In this document: piece after piece, positions 41,217 through 51,238 of the stretch
How positions within the stretch are numbered: position 1 is the first letter of the stretch
How the letters are laid out: the number at the start of each line of letters is the position of its first letter
Assembly (NCBI GenBank): GCA_963727445.1
Contig: CAVSGI010000021.1
Span: 384,001 to 448,000, forward strand
DNA: 64,000 bases
Source of the DNA: an uncultured delta proteobacterium
GTDB taxonomy: Bacteria > Myxococcota_A > Polyangia > Polyangiales > B10-G4
Reading direction: 5' to 3'
Program-made: the position numbers and the translations under genes
The notes under the pieces: generated by a model
What the model was told of the DNA's origin: nothing
Databases searched by the model: none
The model's input: only the letters and a program-made list of their open reading frames with translations

Positions 41217-44200
41217 GTGGGTTCGGGGGACACCTTCGACAGCATCACCAGCGCGCCCACGCGGATCGAGGACGCGGGCTCCTTCACCGTCGCTGACCCT
41301 TCGCTCTCGGTGCCTCTGCCGCGCCTCGGCGAGGGCGAGGTCATCGCCAATCGCTACACGGTGACCGGGTTGCTCGGGCGCGGTGGCTTCGGCGAGGTGT
41401 ACGAGGTCGCCGACGCTCAGCGGCCCGGGCAGAGCTTCGCGCTCAAGATGCACCGCTTCCGCGGGACCACCGCCGCGCTCGAGGCGCTCAAAGGCGAGTT
41501 CGCGCTCCTGAGGAGTCTGACCCATCCGAACCTCGCGCAGGTCCACGACTTCGGTTACGTCGGCGACGACGTCGCGTTCTTCACCCAGGCGGTGGTGCGG
41601 GGCACGCGCCTCGACCACGCGCGCATCGATCTTCTCTCGCCTGACGGCTTCGACCTGCTCACCGCCCTGTGCCGCGCGCTCGACTACCTGCACGGGCGGG
41701 GTCTCCTGCATCGAGACGTCAAACCTTCGAACATCCTTGTCGACGCCGAGAGCCACCAGCTCACGCTCCTCGACTTCGGCATCTCTCGCGCGCTCGGGCA
41801 GATCGAGCGCGGACAGCTCGTCGGCACCTACGCCTATCTCGCGCCGGAGGCGATCCGCGGCGGTCCGGTGGACGCGCGCTCCGACCTCTATGCGCTGGGC
41901 GTGACCCTCTACGCCCTCGTCGCCGGGCGAGTGCCCTTCTACGGCAGCGGAACCGACGTGCTGGCCGCGCACCTCTACGACGCGGTGCCACGCCTCGCGC
42001 CGGACCGCGCCTCCGCGCCGATCGCCGACGTGGTGGCGCGCCTGCTCGCGAAGGAGCCGGGCGAGCGCTACGCCTCGGCGAGCGAGGTGCTGGAAGCGGT
42101 GGCCGAGGCGCATGGGCTCGAGGCACCGGCCGAGGAGGAGGCCAGCCTCACCAGCTACGTGATGAGCGGCTCCTTCGTCGGCGAGCGCCAGCTGATCGAG
42201 TCGCTGGTGAGTCACGGCGGATCGGCTCGGGGGACGCGCCCCGTGACGCTGCTCTCGGGCGAAGCCGGGACTGGAAAGTCGCGGATGTTGCGCGAGGTCC
42301 AGCAGCGTCTGCAGCTGATGGGACGCAGTTGGGTGCTCGTGGAGACGCGGCGCGGCGACGACGCCCGAACGATCCTGGGCGAGATCGCCCGCGTCGTTCT
42401 GACTCAGAACGTCGCGCAGCGCCTGACCGAGGAGGATCGCGTCGAGCTCGCGCGCGCGGTCCCGTCGCTGCGCCGGCGCGGCGAACGCATCGCCATGGCG
42501 GTGGATCCGGAGCGGTCGCGGGCCGCACGCATCGAAGCGCTGGGGCGCGCCCTCGCGATTCGCTTTCTGCATCGACCCGGCGTCCTGGCCATCGAGGACG
42601 TTCACTGGGCCAGCGGCGAGCTCGGCCCTTCACTGGCCGAGCTGAGCCAGGCCATGCGCCGCGCGGCGGCGCCGTGCCTGCTCCTGTGCACCTGTCGTCC
42701 GGGAGAGGTGGCAGACGCGGTCGCTGCGCATCTGGGCGCCGAGCGGCTCGAGGTCCCGCCCCTGGGCCCGGAAGAGAGCCGCGCGCTGGTCACCTCGATG
42801 TTCGGGGCGGCCGGCGTGCTCGAAGGCACCGAGCTCGGTCGCACCCTCGACGCCCGCCCGCACCCGGCGCTCTACGTCCAGGAGTCGCTGCGGCTCGCGG
42901 TGGAGTCCCGCACGCTGGTGCGGCGACGCGCCGGATGGGCGGCGACGGGCGAGATCGAAGCGCGCGAGCTCTCGGAGGTCCTCGAGGCGCGCGTCGCGCA
43001 TTTGAGCACCGGCGCCCAGGAGCTCGCCACCGCCCTCGCCGTCCTCGCCGAGCCGTCGAGCGTGGCCGCCATCGCGGCCACCACGGGTGCTGCGCTCGCG
43101 GAGGCGGCTCCCTCGTTGAGCGAGCTGGTGCGGGCCGGCATCGTGGAAGACCGCCGGGACGCACACGGGCGGCCGACCTACGACATGCACGACCGATTCG
43201 TCGATGTCGTGCTCCGTCGGGCGACGCACGCCGGGCGCCGGCGCATGCACCAGCGCGCGGGCCGATATCTCGAGAAGCAGGCGGCCCGAGATCCACAGGT
43301 CTTCGCGCGCGCAGCCGAGCATCTGGTGGAGGCGGCGGAGCCACAGGACGCGCGGCGGCTCTTCGGGCGCGCCGCGTCGTCGGCAGACGCACACGGCCGG
43401 CCCGATCGCGCGCTCAGGTACATGGTGCGCTCGCGAGAGGTCGCGCCAGGTCGCGGGGCGGTGGCGGTGGCGGATGCCCTGACCCGACACGATCTCGCAG
43501 TGAAAGCCGGCGTCGGTGTGGTGGCCGACGAGGCGCTCGAAGAGCTGGAGAGGCTCCGGCGGAGGGCGACGCCGCGCGATCGCATCGGCATCGATCTGAG
43601 GCGCTCCCGCTCAGCCGCACGACGCGGCGACAGCACCCGGGCGCTTCGAATGGCGCGCCGCGCGCTCCGTTCCGCGCGAAAGCTCGAGGCACCGGAGCTC
43701 GAGCAGGAGCTCCTGCTCGCCCTCGGTGAGATGAGCTTTGCGGGCGGCGTCATCGACCGGGCGCTCGAGGAGTTCGAGTCGGCGACCAGGGTCGCGGAGA
43801 TGCGCGAGGACCGCCCAGGTATCGCGCGATCGTGCCTCGGAGCCAGCCTCGCGCTCCTGCATCTCGGAAAGCTGGCACGCGCAGAGGCCCAGGCGAGCCG
43901 AGCCGCCCAGAAGGCCCGTGGCTCCGCTCTCGCAGAGCTCCGGTCGGAGGCGCTGCGCCAGCTGGGGAACGTCGCGCGCGAGCGCAGCGACAACCGGCGT
44001 GCGCTCAGTCACTACCGGCGCGCGGTGAAGGCGGCGCGTGCGGCCGGGGCCACCATCGGAGAGGCCAAGGCGTTGAACAACCTCGGGACCGTGGCGCAGT
44101 GGTTGGGCCACGTGCCGGAGGCGCTCGCGGCGTTCCAGCGCAGTCGCGAGTTGAAGGAGCGCGCGGGCGCGCGCGCGTCCCTGCACGTCACCAACAACAA

Positions 44201-44918
44201 CATCGGGGCGCTCTACGCCGCGGTCGGCCGACTCGCGGAGGCCCGGGAGGTGCTCGAGGCGCTGATCGCCGACGACGGAGCCGGGCCGATGCTGCAGGCG
44301 ATCGCCCGTGGCAACCTCGGCGACCTCGACGCGCTCGACGAACGCCTCGACGAAGCGATCTCCTCGTATCGGCTGACCCTGGCCTACTGCCGTGAGCAAG
44401 CCTTCGCAGCTCAGCTCAGCCACGTGCTCAGCGGTCTCGTTCGGGTGCTGACCATGCGTGGGGGCGCGGGCGACCTCGAGCAGACGACGGCGCTCCTCGC
44501 GGAGCTCGACGCGCTGCGTGACGCGGACATCGCCGAGAGCGGCCGTCGCTACCACACCGCCCGCGCCGCCGTGCTCGACGCCCGCGGTGATACGCGCGCG
44601 GCGCTGGCGGAAGCGCGACTCGCCGTGCGCGTCTCGGATCGCGAGACGCGCTTCTCGGATATCTTCGGCACCCTCCTCGACGCACGCTGGCAGTGTGCCC
44701 TCTACCTCGGCCGCCTCGGCCGCGAGCAGGCGGCGAAGCGCGCGCTCGGTACCTGCCGCGCCATGCTCGAAAAGCTCGTTCAGCAGGTGGGCGACCTCGA
44801 CCACCAACGGCACTTCCTCCACGGCCACCCGCTCCACAGCGCCGTGGACCATGGCATCGTCGACATCCCCCGCGGGTGGATCTGGCCGCCGCGCGACGGC
44901 CGGCGCCCGAACCCTTGA
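41217..44918 (+). CDS. Ser/Thr kinase-AAA ATPase-TPR (STAND-like) protein
   Basis: LGRGGFGEVY, HRDVKPSN, DFG, YLAPE; Walker A GEAGTGKS; Walker B IEDVHW; TPRs ALRQLGNV, ALNNLGTV, NNIGAL. Confidence 0.92.
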   Translation: MGSGDTFDSITSAPTRIEDAGSFTVADPSLSVPLPRLGEGEVIANRYTVTGLLGRGGFGEVYEVADAQRPGQSFALKMHRFRGTTAALEALKGEFALLRSLTHPNLAQVHDFGYVGDDVAFFTQAVVRGTRLDHARIDLLSPDGFDLLTALCRALDYLHGRGLLHRDVKPSNILVDAESHQLTLLDFGISRALGQIERGQLVGTYAYLAPEAIRGGPVDARSDLYALGVTLYALVAGRVPFYGSGTDVLAAHLYDAVPRLAPDRASAPIADVVARLLAKEPGERYASASEVLEAVAEAHGLEAPAEEEASLTSYVMSGSFVGERQLIESLVSHGGSARGTRPVTLLSGEAGTGKSRMLREVQQRLQLMGRSWVLVETRRGDDARTILGEIARVVLTQNVAQRLTEEDRVELARAVPSLRRRGERIAMAVDPERSRAARIEALGRALAIRFLHRPGVLAIEDVHWASGELGPSLAELSQAMRRAAAPCLLLCTCRPGEVADAVAAHLGAERLEVPPLGPEESRALVTSMFGAAGVLEGTELGRTLDARPHPALYVQESLRLAVESRTLVRRRAGWAATGEIEARELSEVLEARVAHLSTGAQELATALAVLAEPSSVAAIAATTGAALAEAAPSLSELVRAGIVEDRRDAHGRPTYDMHDRFVDVVLRRATHAGRRRMHQRAGRYLEKQAARDPQVFARAAEHLVEAAEPQDARRLFGRAASSADAHGRPDRALRYMVRSREVAPGRGAVAVADALTRHDLAVKAGVGVVADEALEELERLRRRATPRDRIGIDLRRSRSAARRGDSTRALRMARRALRSARKLEAPELEQELLLALGEMSFAGGVIDRALEEFESATRVAEMREDRPGIARSCLGASLALLHLGKLARAEAQASRAAQKARGSALAELRSEALRQLGNVARERSDNRRALSHYRRAVKAARAAGATIGEAKALNNLGTVAQWLGHVPEALAAFQRSRELKERAGARASLHVTNNNIGALYAAVGRLAEAREVLEALIADDGAGPMLQAIARGNLGDLDALDERLDEAISSYRLTLAYCREQAFAAQLSHVLSGLVRVLTMRGGAGDLEQTTALLAELDALRDADIAESGRRYHTARAAVLDARGDTRAALAEARLAVRVSDRETRFSDIFGTLLDARWQCALYLGRLGREQAAKRALGTCRAMLEKLVQQVGDLDHQRHFLHGHPLHSAVDHGIVDIPRGWIWPPRDGRRPNP

Positions 44919-44919
44919 G

Positions 44920-45669
44920 CTACGGACGCGGCTGCGATGGGCGGTTCGCCTCGAGCTGGCGCTGCCAGCGACGATACTCGGGGGAGCAGGTGCATTCGCA
45001 GGGACGGGTCGCAGGGCCCTGCGCCCGCTCCCGCTCCGGCGTACAGAGCGCCCCCGAGTTGGCGCAAGGATGCTGGATCCGCGCGAGCAGGCTGCACTCC
45101 GGTCCCAGCTTGTGGCACTCGGAAGCTTGTAAAGTGGTGCCGAGGCACTGGGCATAGGAGCCGGAGGCGAAGGTCGTCTGTTCTTCGTTCGGCGCCTCGC
45201 ACTCGGCCGGAAAGCTCTCCGCGTGGAAGTAGCGGCACTGGCCTTCGTCACACGCGCCGGGGCCGTCGACGAAGCGGCCGACGATCTCCGTCACCGCCCC
45301 GATGTCGACGCAGCGCTGCACGGCCTCGGCGAGGCTCTCGTCGTGCACGAAGGGGTGCTCGTAGCCATCGCCCGTGATCAGTCGCAGCTGCGCCTCGCAC
45401 GCGCCGCAGGCCCCGGTCACGGTGAACGGTCCGCGGATCATGCCGCGGACCGACTGCGCGGGTTGCTCGCCGCCGAGTCCCATGGCGATCTCGGCAGACG
45501 GCCCCACCGAGGTGCGACGGGTCGCGCCTCCGCCCTCGTCACTGGCGCTGCCCCCGCCGCCGGCCGGCGTCACGCGCTCCGACTCGTCGGCCTCCGCCGC
45601 TGGCTCGGGCGCGCCGCCGCACGCGTTCGAGACGAGGAGGCAGAGGAAGAGGACGAATGCGAAGCGCAT
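44920..45669 (-). CDS. Hypothetical Cys-rich lipoprotein
   Basis: MRFAFVLFLCLLVSNA-C lipobox; many Cys residues; TATGCT lies 8 nt before ATG. Confidence 0.68.
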   Translation of the reverse strand: MRFAFVLFLCLLVSNACGGAPEPAAEADESERVTPAGGGGSASDEGGGATRRTSVGPSAEIAMGLGGEQPAQSVRGMIRGPFTVTGACGACEAQLRLITGDGYEHPFVHDESLAEAVQRCVDIGAVTEIVGRFVDGPGACDEGQCRYFHAESFPAECEAPNEEQTTFASGSYAQCLGTTLQASECHKLGPECSLLARIQHPCANSGALCTPERERAQGPATRPCECTCSPEYRRWQRQLEANRPSQPRP

Positions 45670-45695
45670 CGCCCGCGAGCATACTCCAGCGCGGC

Positions 45696-46511
45696 TCAGG
45701 CGTTCGGCCCGCGGATGGGGCGGCCTTCGATGAGGCGCTTTCGGACCTCGAAGGCGACCCACTTCTCGAGGCGGCGCCACATGTCCCGGCTCATGCGGTG
45801 GTTCACGTCCTCGTAGGTCTCGAGCTGGATGTCGAAGCCCATGTCCGAGAGCTCCTGGGTGCAGAGCTCGGTTCGCTCCACAGGCAGGATCGGGTCGTCC
45901 TCTCCGTGCAGCGCGCGGATCGGGGGATAGTGCGTGTGCGGGCGCTGCCCCTTCGGCATCAGCGAGGGGGGCAGCCAACCGGCCAGGGGAAACGCCGCGC
46001 CCACCACCTCGGGGTGCTCCACCGCGAGGGCGAAGCTCAGCATTCCCCCCTGGGAGAAGCCCATGACGATGGGGGTGCCGAGGGTCGGGTGTCGGTTGAC
46101 CAGCATCTCGATGGCGTTGGCCAGATGGGCGCTCGTATGCTCGATGCCGTCGATCAGCTCGGGGCTCTCGCCGCGATGCGCGCTCACCGGAAGCCAGCTG
46201 AAGCCGTTGCCGAGGGTCTCGGGTGCGCGGGGGATGATCAGGCGGACGGGCTCCGTGAGACCCATGAAGGGACCGGTGGGCGTTCGCGGGCGGTCGCCGC
46301 GGCCGTGGAGGAAGATGAGCATCGGGAGCGGGGTGCTCGCGCGCTCGAAGCCCTCGGGCACCACCTCGAGGTAGTCGATCCCGAGCACCTGACCCTGCCG
46401 CACCACCACTCCGCCCTCTGGCGGATCCCACTCGCCAGGCGTGTAGGTCGCGGCACAGGAGCTCATCGCTGCCGCGGTCAGCGCCACCATGAACAGCAAG
46501 GTGCGGACCAC
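45696..46511 (-). CDS. Phospholipase/carboxylesterase family alpha/beta hydrolase, probable lipoprotein
   Basis: LIFLHGRG, GFSQGG, LHGEDDPILP, VNH; start could be GTG 46511 or ATG 46490. Confidence 0.88.
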   Translation of the reverse strand: MVRTLLFMVALTAAAMSSCAATYTPGEWDPPEGGVVVRQGQVLGIDYLEVVPEGFERASTPLPMLIFLHGRGDRPRTPTGPFMGLTEPVRLIIPRAPETLGNGFSWLPVSAHRGESPELIDGIEHTSAHLANAIEMLVNRHPTLGTPIVMGFSQGGMLSFALAVEHPEVVGAAFPLAGWLPPSLMPKGQRPHTHYPPIRALHGEDDPILPVERTELCTQELSDMGFDIQLETYEDVNHRMSRDMWRRLEKWVAFEVRKRLIEGRPIRGPNA

Positions 46512-46524
46512 GAGACAATTACAG

Positions 46525-46539
46525 GCAAGGCGCGTTCCA
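46525..46539 (-). promoter_or_regulatory. Putative sigma54 promoter of the esterase gene
   Basis: Minus strand TGGAACGCGCCTTGC = GG-N10-GC with TTGC. Confidence 0.6.
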
Positions 46540-46669
46540 GATTCCGCTGCGGCCAAAAAGCGCCAGGATCAGCGTCCGGTGTGAGCGTCCGTCGGCGCAG
46601 GCCCGGACATTTTCGTCACACCCCGGCGCGATCCGTGCGCTCGTGACACAGAGGGCCGTGGCCCGAGCC

Positions 46670-48211
46670 TCATGGGATCGGTTGCGGGGGCGGCGCCGCA
46701 CGAAGGTCGAATCTTCGGTGCTCCCCTGGACGGATGATGATCCGTTTCCGCTGGCGATGGCCATCCGGCCATCGTCCCTCGAGCCAATGCTCCCCGGCAG
46801 GGATCGAAATGCTCTGAGGCGTGCTCCCCAGCTCTCGGCCGTCGAGGGAGATGAGCACGCGCTCGGGACTGCGGATGATCAGTCTGCCGGGGAGGTGCCG
46901 TGAGCCGGGGTGGGGTTGGGTGGCCCGCCTGGCCGTGCGCGGCGCCGCGCTGGTCTCCGCGCCCGTGTCAGCCGTCACGTTGGCGTCGGTCACTGCGTCC
47001 GCGTCCGCCCCGCCCGCGTCCTGAGCCACGGTGTTCGTCGCCGGCATCATGGGTTCGGTGGCTCCGGGCATCGGCGCTGGGGGCTTCGCCTGCGCTCCGA
47101 TCCTCGCGATCGCCGTCGGGTCGGCTTTCTCATCACGCTCGACGATGATCCAGGCGACCACGCCGATGGCCGCGACGAGGAAGAGCGAGGCGGCCGCGAG
47201 GGTCGCGACGAGCGCACCCTTCTTCCGTGGCGCGGCCGCAGGCGCATTCGTCGCCGCCGCCGTGTCGACCGCGCGGACGGGGGATGGCGCGGGCGCAGCT
47301 TCCTGAGTCCGGGGGACCACCGTCTCGGCGAAAGCCGTCGGTCCATGCGTGCTCTTCTTCGCGCTGGCGAAGGCGGCGTCGAGGCCCTCGAGGAGGACGC
47401 CGGCCGACTCCGGCCTGCCCTCCGGCTCGAGGCTGAGGCATCGATGGATCCAGTCGCAGACCTCGGGCGGCACGTCGGGGGCGAGCTCGGCGAGGGGGCG
47501 CGGCGGCGACGAGAACATCTGCGAGATGAGATCCCCCAAGGTGTTCGCGAGCCACGGCGTCCCGCCCGAGAGGCAGTGATAGAGCGTCACCCCCATCCCG
47601 TAGATGTCGGCGCGATGGTCGATCGTGGAATCGGCGCGTGCCTGTTCCGGAGGGAGATAGAGCGGCGTGCCGAGGATGCTGCCGGTCTGGGTCAGCCGAT
47701 CGAAGGCCGGGTCGTTCAGGTGCTTGGCGATGCCGAAGTCGAGGAGCTTTGGCGTGACGACCCCATTGGGCCGCCTCGCGAGGAAGATGTTCGGAGGCTT
47801 GATGTCGCGATGGATGACACCGACGCGGTGCGCGGCGTCGAGGGCCGAGAGCACCGGGCGCGCGATGCGGAGGGTCTCTTGCAGTGAGAGGCGCCCTTCG
47901 CGCGCGAGCCGCTGTTCGAGGTCTTCTCCTTCGAGGAGCTCCATCGCCATGAACGGCGCGCCATCGTGCACGTCCGCATCGAAGATGATGACGATCGCCG
48001 GGTGGTCGATCTTGGTCGAAGCCACCGCTTCGCGGAAGAAGCGCTCCACGGCGTCGGCGTCGACGACGAAGCGCTCCGCCATCACCTTGAGCGCGACCGA
48101 CTTGCGGAGGATCTGATGGGTCGCGACGTAGACCCGCCCCATTCCGCCCTCGCCGAGCAGACGATCGATCCGGTACTTGCCGGCGACCATGTCTCCGGGT
48201 GCGAGGGCCAT
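46670..48211 (-). CDS. Membrane Ser/Thr protein kinase with C-terminal PEGA domain
   Basis: LGEGGMGRVY, HRDIKPPN, DFGIAK, GTPLYLPPEQ, TM helix, LDGRELGSTP. Confidence 0.93.
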   Translation of the reverse strand: MALAPGDMVAGKYRIDRLLGEGGMGRVYVATHQILRKSVALKVMAERFVVDADAVERFFREAVASTKIDHPAIVIIFDADVHDGAPFMAMELLEGEDLEQRLAREGRLSLQETLRIARPVLSALDAAHRVGVIHRDIKPPNIFLARRPNGVVTPKLLDFGIAKHLNDPAFDRLTQTGSILGTPLYLPPEQARADSTIDHRADIYGMGVTLYHCLSGGTPWLANTLGDLISQMFSSPPRPLAELAPDVPPEVCDWIHRCLSLEPEGRPESAGVLLEGLDAAFASAKKSTHGPTAFAETVVPRTQEAAPAPSPVRAVDTAAATNAPAAAPRKKGALVATLAAASLFLVAAIGVVAWIIVERDEKADPTAIARIGAQAKPPAPMPGATEPMMPATNTVAQDAGGADADAVTDANVTADTGAETSAAPRTARRATQPHPGSRHLPGRLIIRSPERVLISLDGRELGSTPQSISIPAGEHWLEGRWPDGHRQRKRIIIRPGEHRRFDLRAAPPPQPIP

Positions 48212-48434
48212 GACGCCAGCGTACCGCAGCGAGCGGCTGACGATCATGCGCGCGCCTTCGCTCCCCGCGCGCCGTGATGGAGAAGTCGAAGTCGAGCTCG
48301 AGGAGCCTGAGCAGGCGCGACTCGAGGTCTGGCACTCGTGCTTTCAGCATGACGCGTCCGACCGTTCGATTCATCGAGCCGGGTCAGGTGTGTTCCGACA
48401 CATCCATCCGCCGGGCGCGTGCGATCATCGCCGC

Positions 48435-48977
48435 GTGCCTCTTCGCGATCAGGCCGGCGGGACGCCCACGCTCCTCGACTATGGTCCCTTCCCGCGACCC
48501 TGGAAGAGCGGCTGGGTCGCCGCGGTGGCCCTCGCCGCCGCTTTTCCGCTCTCGTGGGCTGTGTCCCAGATCGAGAACGCGCGCGTGGGCGGGACGGCCA
48601 ACGGCGTGATCATCACGCTCCTCTGCCTGGTATTCGCGGCCTTCAGTCTCCAAGAGGTGTTTCGGAATCCGACGCGCATCGAGATCCGGGTCGAAGGGAC
48701 GCGAGCGCTCCTCCGCCCGCACTGGGGCCCACTCTCGGTGGGCGCGCGGGCGCTCGACTTCTCCGAGGTCGTCGGCGTCGAGCTTCGACGGACGCGGATC
48801 TCTCCGCGATTCGCGCCGAGACCTCCCGTCGTCGGCGCGGCGATCGTGGTGCAGAACGAGGATGGCTCCGAGCAGGAGGTGTGGAAGCATCCCCTCCCGG
48901 GTGAGGGCGTTCACGCGCCGATCGCCGAGGCGCTCGCGCAGCACCTCGGATGTTCGCTACAGCGGAGCGACAGCTAG
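48435..48977 (+). CDS. Hypothetical membrane protein (2 TM helices)
   Basis: Two hydrophobic helices followed by a soluble beta-rich domain; start uncertain. Confidence 0.55.
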   Translation: MPLRDQAGGTPTLLDYGPFPRPWKSGWVAAVALAAAFPLSWAVSQIENARVGGTANGVIITLLCLVFAAFSLQEVFRNPTRIEIRVEGTRALLRPHWGPLSVGARALDFSEVVGVELRRTRISPRFAPRPPVVGAAIVVQNEDGSEQEVWKHPLPGEGVHAPIAEALAQHLGCSLQRSDS

Positions 48978-49105
48978 GGCCCAACGTCCTACACTGGACG
49001 GCGATGACGCTTGGCGCGATGGAGGCGCTGCCCGCCGCCAAGCATTTCGGGGCGAATGTGCGCGAAGGTCCCCAACCGACCCGGGAGCTGATGGGTGTGA
49101 AGCGG

Positions 49106-51148
49106 ATGAGGTGGTGGCTGGCGTGTGCGCTCTTGACCGCCTGTGGCGCTCAGGAGGAGCCCGAGGGTTTTCTTCCGCCGCTCCCCGACACCCAGAGCTG
49201 CACCTTCGAGGGCACGCCGCCAGGGTTCGTACCCGAAGGTGAGCTCGTTCCCTTCGCGAGCGTCGACGCCACCACGCCCGTCGTCGCGCTCCGCACCGCC
49301 ACCACGGACAGCGCCTGGGCCCTCACCCAGGCCGGGGTGGTCTACGAGATACGGCGCGGCGCCGAGAGCCGAGTGGTCCTCGACGCGTCCGCGCTCACCG
49401 AGCGCGCCTACGATTTCGCGCAGCTCGGGACCGAGCTCTTCGTGGCCTTCGAGCCGGTCGGGCGCGCGAGTGTCCTTCGCGTCGCCCGCTTCTCAGCGAG
49501 CGCGGACGCCTTCGACGTCACCTCGGCTCGCACCGTCCTCGAGCTCGACACGCCGGGCGGCGGCACCCTCGCGCCGACCCCCGATGGCCGACTCCTGGTG
49601 GGGGTCGGTGACGCCGACCTCGAAGGGACCGCGAGCGTCGCCATGGACCGCGTCGATCTCCGCGGCAAGATCCTCCGCCTCGACGTGTCCGACCCGGCCG
49701 CCGTCGGCGGCTACGCCATCCCGGCCGACAACCCCTTCGTCGACGGAAGCCCCTCCGCCGTCTTCGCCCTCGGCATCCGGTCTCCACGCGCGCTCACGGT
49801 GGAGGCGGGCACCGGGCGGATGACCTTCGTCGACCAGGGCCTCGCCGTCGACGAGATCGACGCGCTCCTACCCGGGCGGAACTACGGCTGGCCCCGCCTC
49901 GACGGGCGCACCTGTCACATCGCTCCCTCCGATTGCAGCCCCTTCGAGTACGAGGGGCCGGTGTTCCTTCGTGCCCGGCTCGTCGCCGACTGCCCCATGA
50001 CGGCCGGCGCCATCATCGCCGGCGAGGGCGCCTTCGCCGGAGGCCTGCTCTATGGCGACGCGTGCGGAACGGGGCTCGCGGGCTTCCTCCTCGGCGGCTA
50101 TCGGACCCAGGAGCAAGTCGTCGGCGAGCTCGATGCGCAGCTCAGGGCGATCGGCCGGGGCGGCGCGGGTGGCTCGCTCGTGGTGGATGCACGCGGCGAG
50201 GTCTTCGAGGTCCGGCCCATCCCCGACGCCGCGCCCTTTCCCACCATGCTCTCTCAGGCGGGGTGCTTCGCCGACCTGCCGGGCCTGGTTCCGGTCGACT
50301 CGGTGGTGCCGTATGCGCTGAACGCACCCCTTTGGACCGACAGCGCGGACAAGCATCGCTTCATCGCCCTGCCACCGGGGGAGACGATCGCGGTCGCCGC
50401 CGACGGGAGCCTCGACTTCCCGGTCGGGAGCGTGCTGCTCAAGGTCTTCGCCTACGGGGCGCCGGTGGAGACGCGCGTCCTCGTGCGTCGCACCGACGGC
50501 TGGGAAGCGCACAGCTATCGTTGGAACGAAGAAGCCACCGACGCCCATCTCCTCGACGCGAGCGAGGAGGTGATGGTGGAGGTCGACCTCCCAACCGGCC
50601 GCGCCACCGCCACCCACCTCTTTCCGGATCGCCAGGCGTGCGCGATCTGCCACGGCTTTCGTCCACAGAGTCCCCTCGGCCCACGCCTCGATCAGCTCAC
50701 ACGCCGCGTCCATCTCCCTTCGGGCGATGCCGATCAGCTCCGCGCCTTCACCGACATCGGACTCTTCGGCGCCAGCGCCCTGCCGGAGCTCCCGCCGATC
50801 GCCGATCCCCTCGACGAGTCACAGCCCCTCGAAGCACGCGCCCGGGCCTATCTCCACACCAATTGCGGTCACTGTCATCGGCCCGACGGATGGGTGCCGC
50901 CGGGCCTGACGATGGACCTTCGCTACGACACGCCGTTCAGCGAGATGCAGGTGTGTAACGTTCCCGCCGACTTCGCCCCGCGTCCCATGGACCGCCTCGA
51001 GCCTGGAGATCCGGACGCCTCGCGCATCTACGTGCGCATGACCGACGACGGCGTCGACCGGATGCCGCCCCTCGGCACCTCTCTCGTCGACGACGCCGGG
51101 AGCGACGTGGTGCGCGACTTCATCTCCAGCCTCACGGGCTGCGACTAG
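49106..51148 (+). CDS. Lipoprotein: PQQ-dependent glucose/sorbosone dehydrogenase-like beta-propeller fused to a diheme c-type cytochrome domain
   Basis: Lipobox LTA-C; GKILRLDV, IPADNPF, ALGIRSP, NYGWP; PLWTDSADKHR, CAICH, RARAYLHTNCGHCH, MPPLG. Confidence 0.85.
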   Translation: MRWWLACALLTACGAQEEPEGFLPPLPDTQSCTFEGTPPGFVPEGELVPFASVDATTPVVALRTATTDSAWALTQAGVVYEIRRGAESRVVLDASALTERAYDFAQLGTELFVAFEPVGRASVLRVARFSASADAFDVTSARTVLELDTPGGGTLAPTPDGRLLVGVGDADLEGTASVAMDRVDLRGKILRLDVSDPAAVGGYAIPADNPFVDGSPSAVFALGIRSPRALTVEAGTGRMTFVDQGLAVDEIDALLPGRNYGWPRLDGRTCHIAPSDCSPFEYEGPVFLRARLVADCPMTAGAIIAGEGAFAGGLLYGDACGTGLAGFLLGGYRTQEQVVGELDAQLRAIGRGGAGGSLVVDARGEVFEVRPIPDAAPFPTMLSQAGCFADLPGLVPVDSVVPYALNAPLWTDSADKHRFIALPPGETIAVAADGSLDFPVGSVLLKVFAYGAPVETRVLVRRTDGWEAHSYRWNEEATDAHLLDASEEVMVEVDLPTGRATATHLFPDRQACAICHGFRPQSPLGPRLDQLTRRVHLPSGDADQLRAFTDIGLFGASALPELPPIADPLDESQPLEARARAYLHTNCGHCHRPDGWVPPGLTMDLRYDTPFSEMQVCNVPADFAPRPMDRLEPGDPDASRIYVRMTDDGVDRMPPLGTSLVDDAGSDVVRDFISSLTGCD

Positions 51149-51238
51149 CGCCGGTCCAATGACGTGGAAGGGTTCTCGCTCGTTCGTCGGCCGCCTCGCG
51201 GCGTCGGGAAACCTCGAATGTGCGCTGCACGTCCTTGC

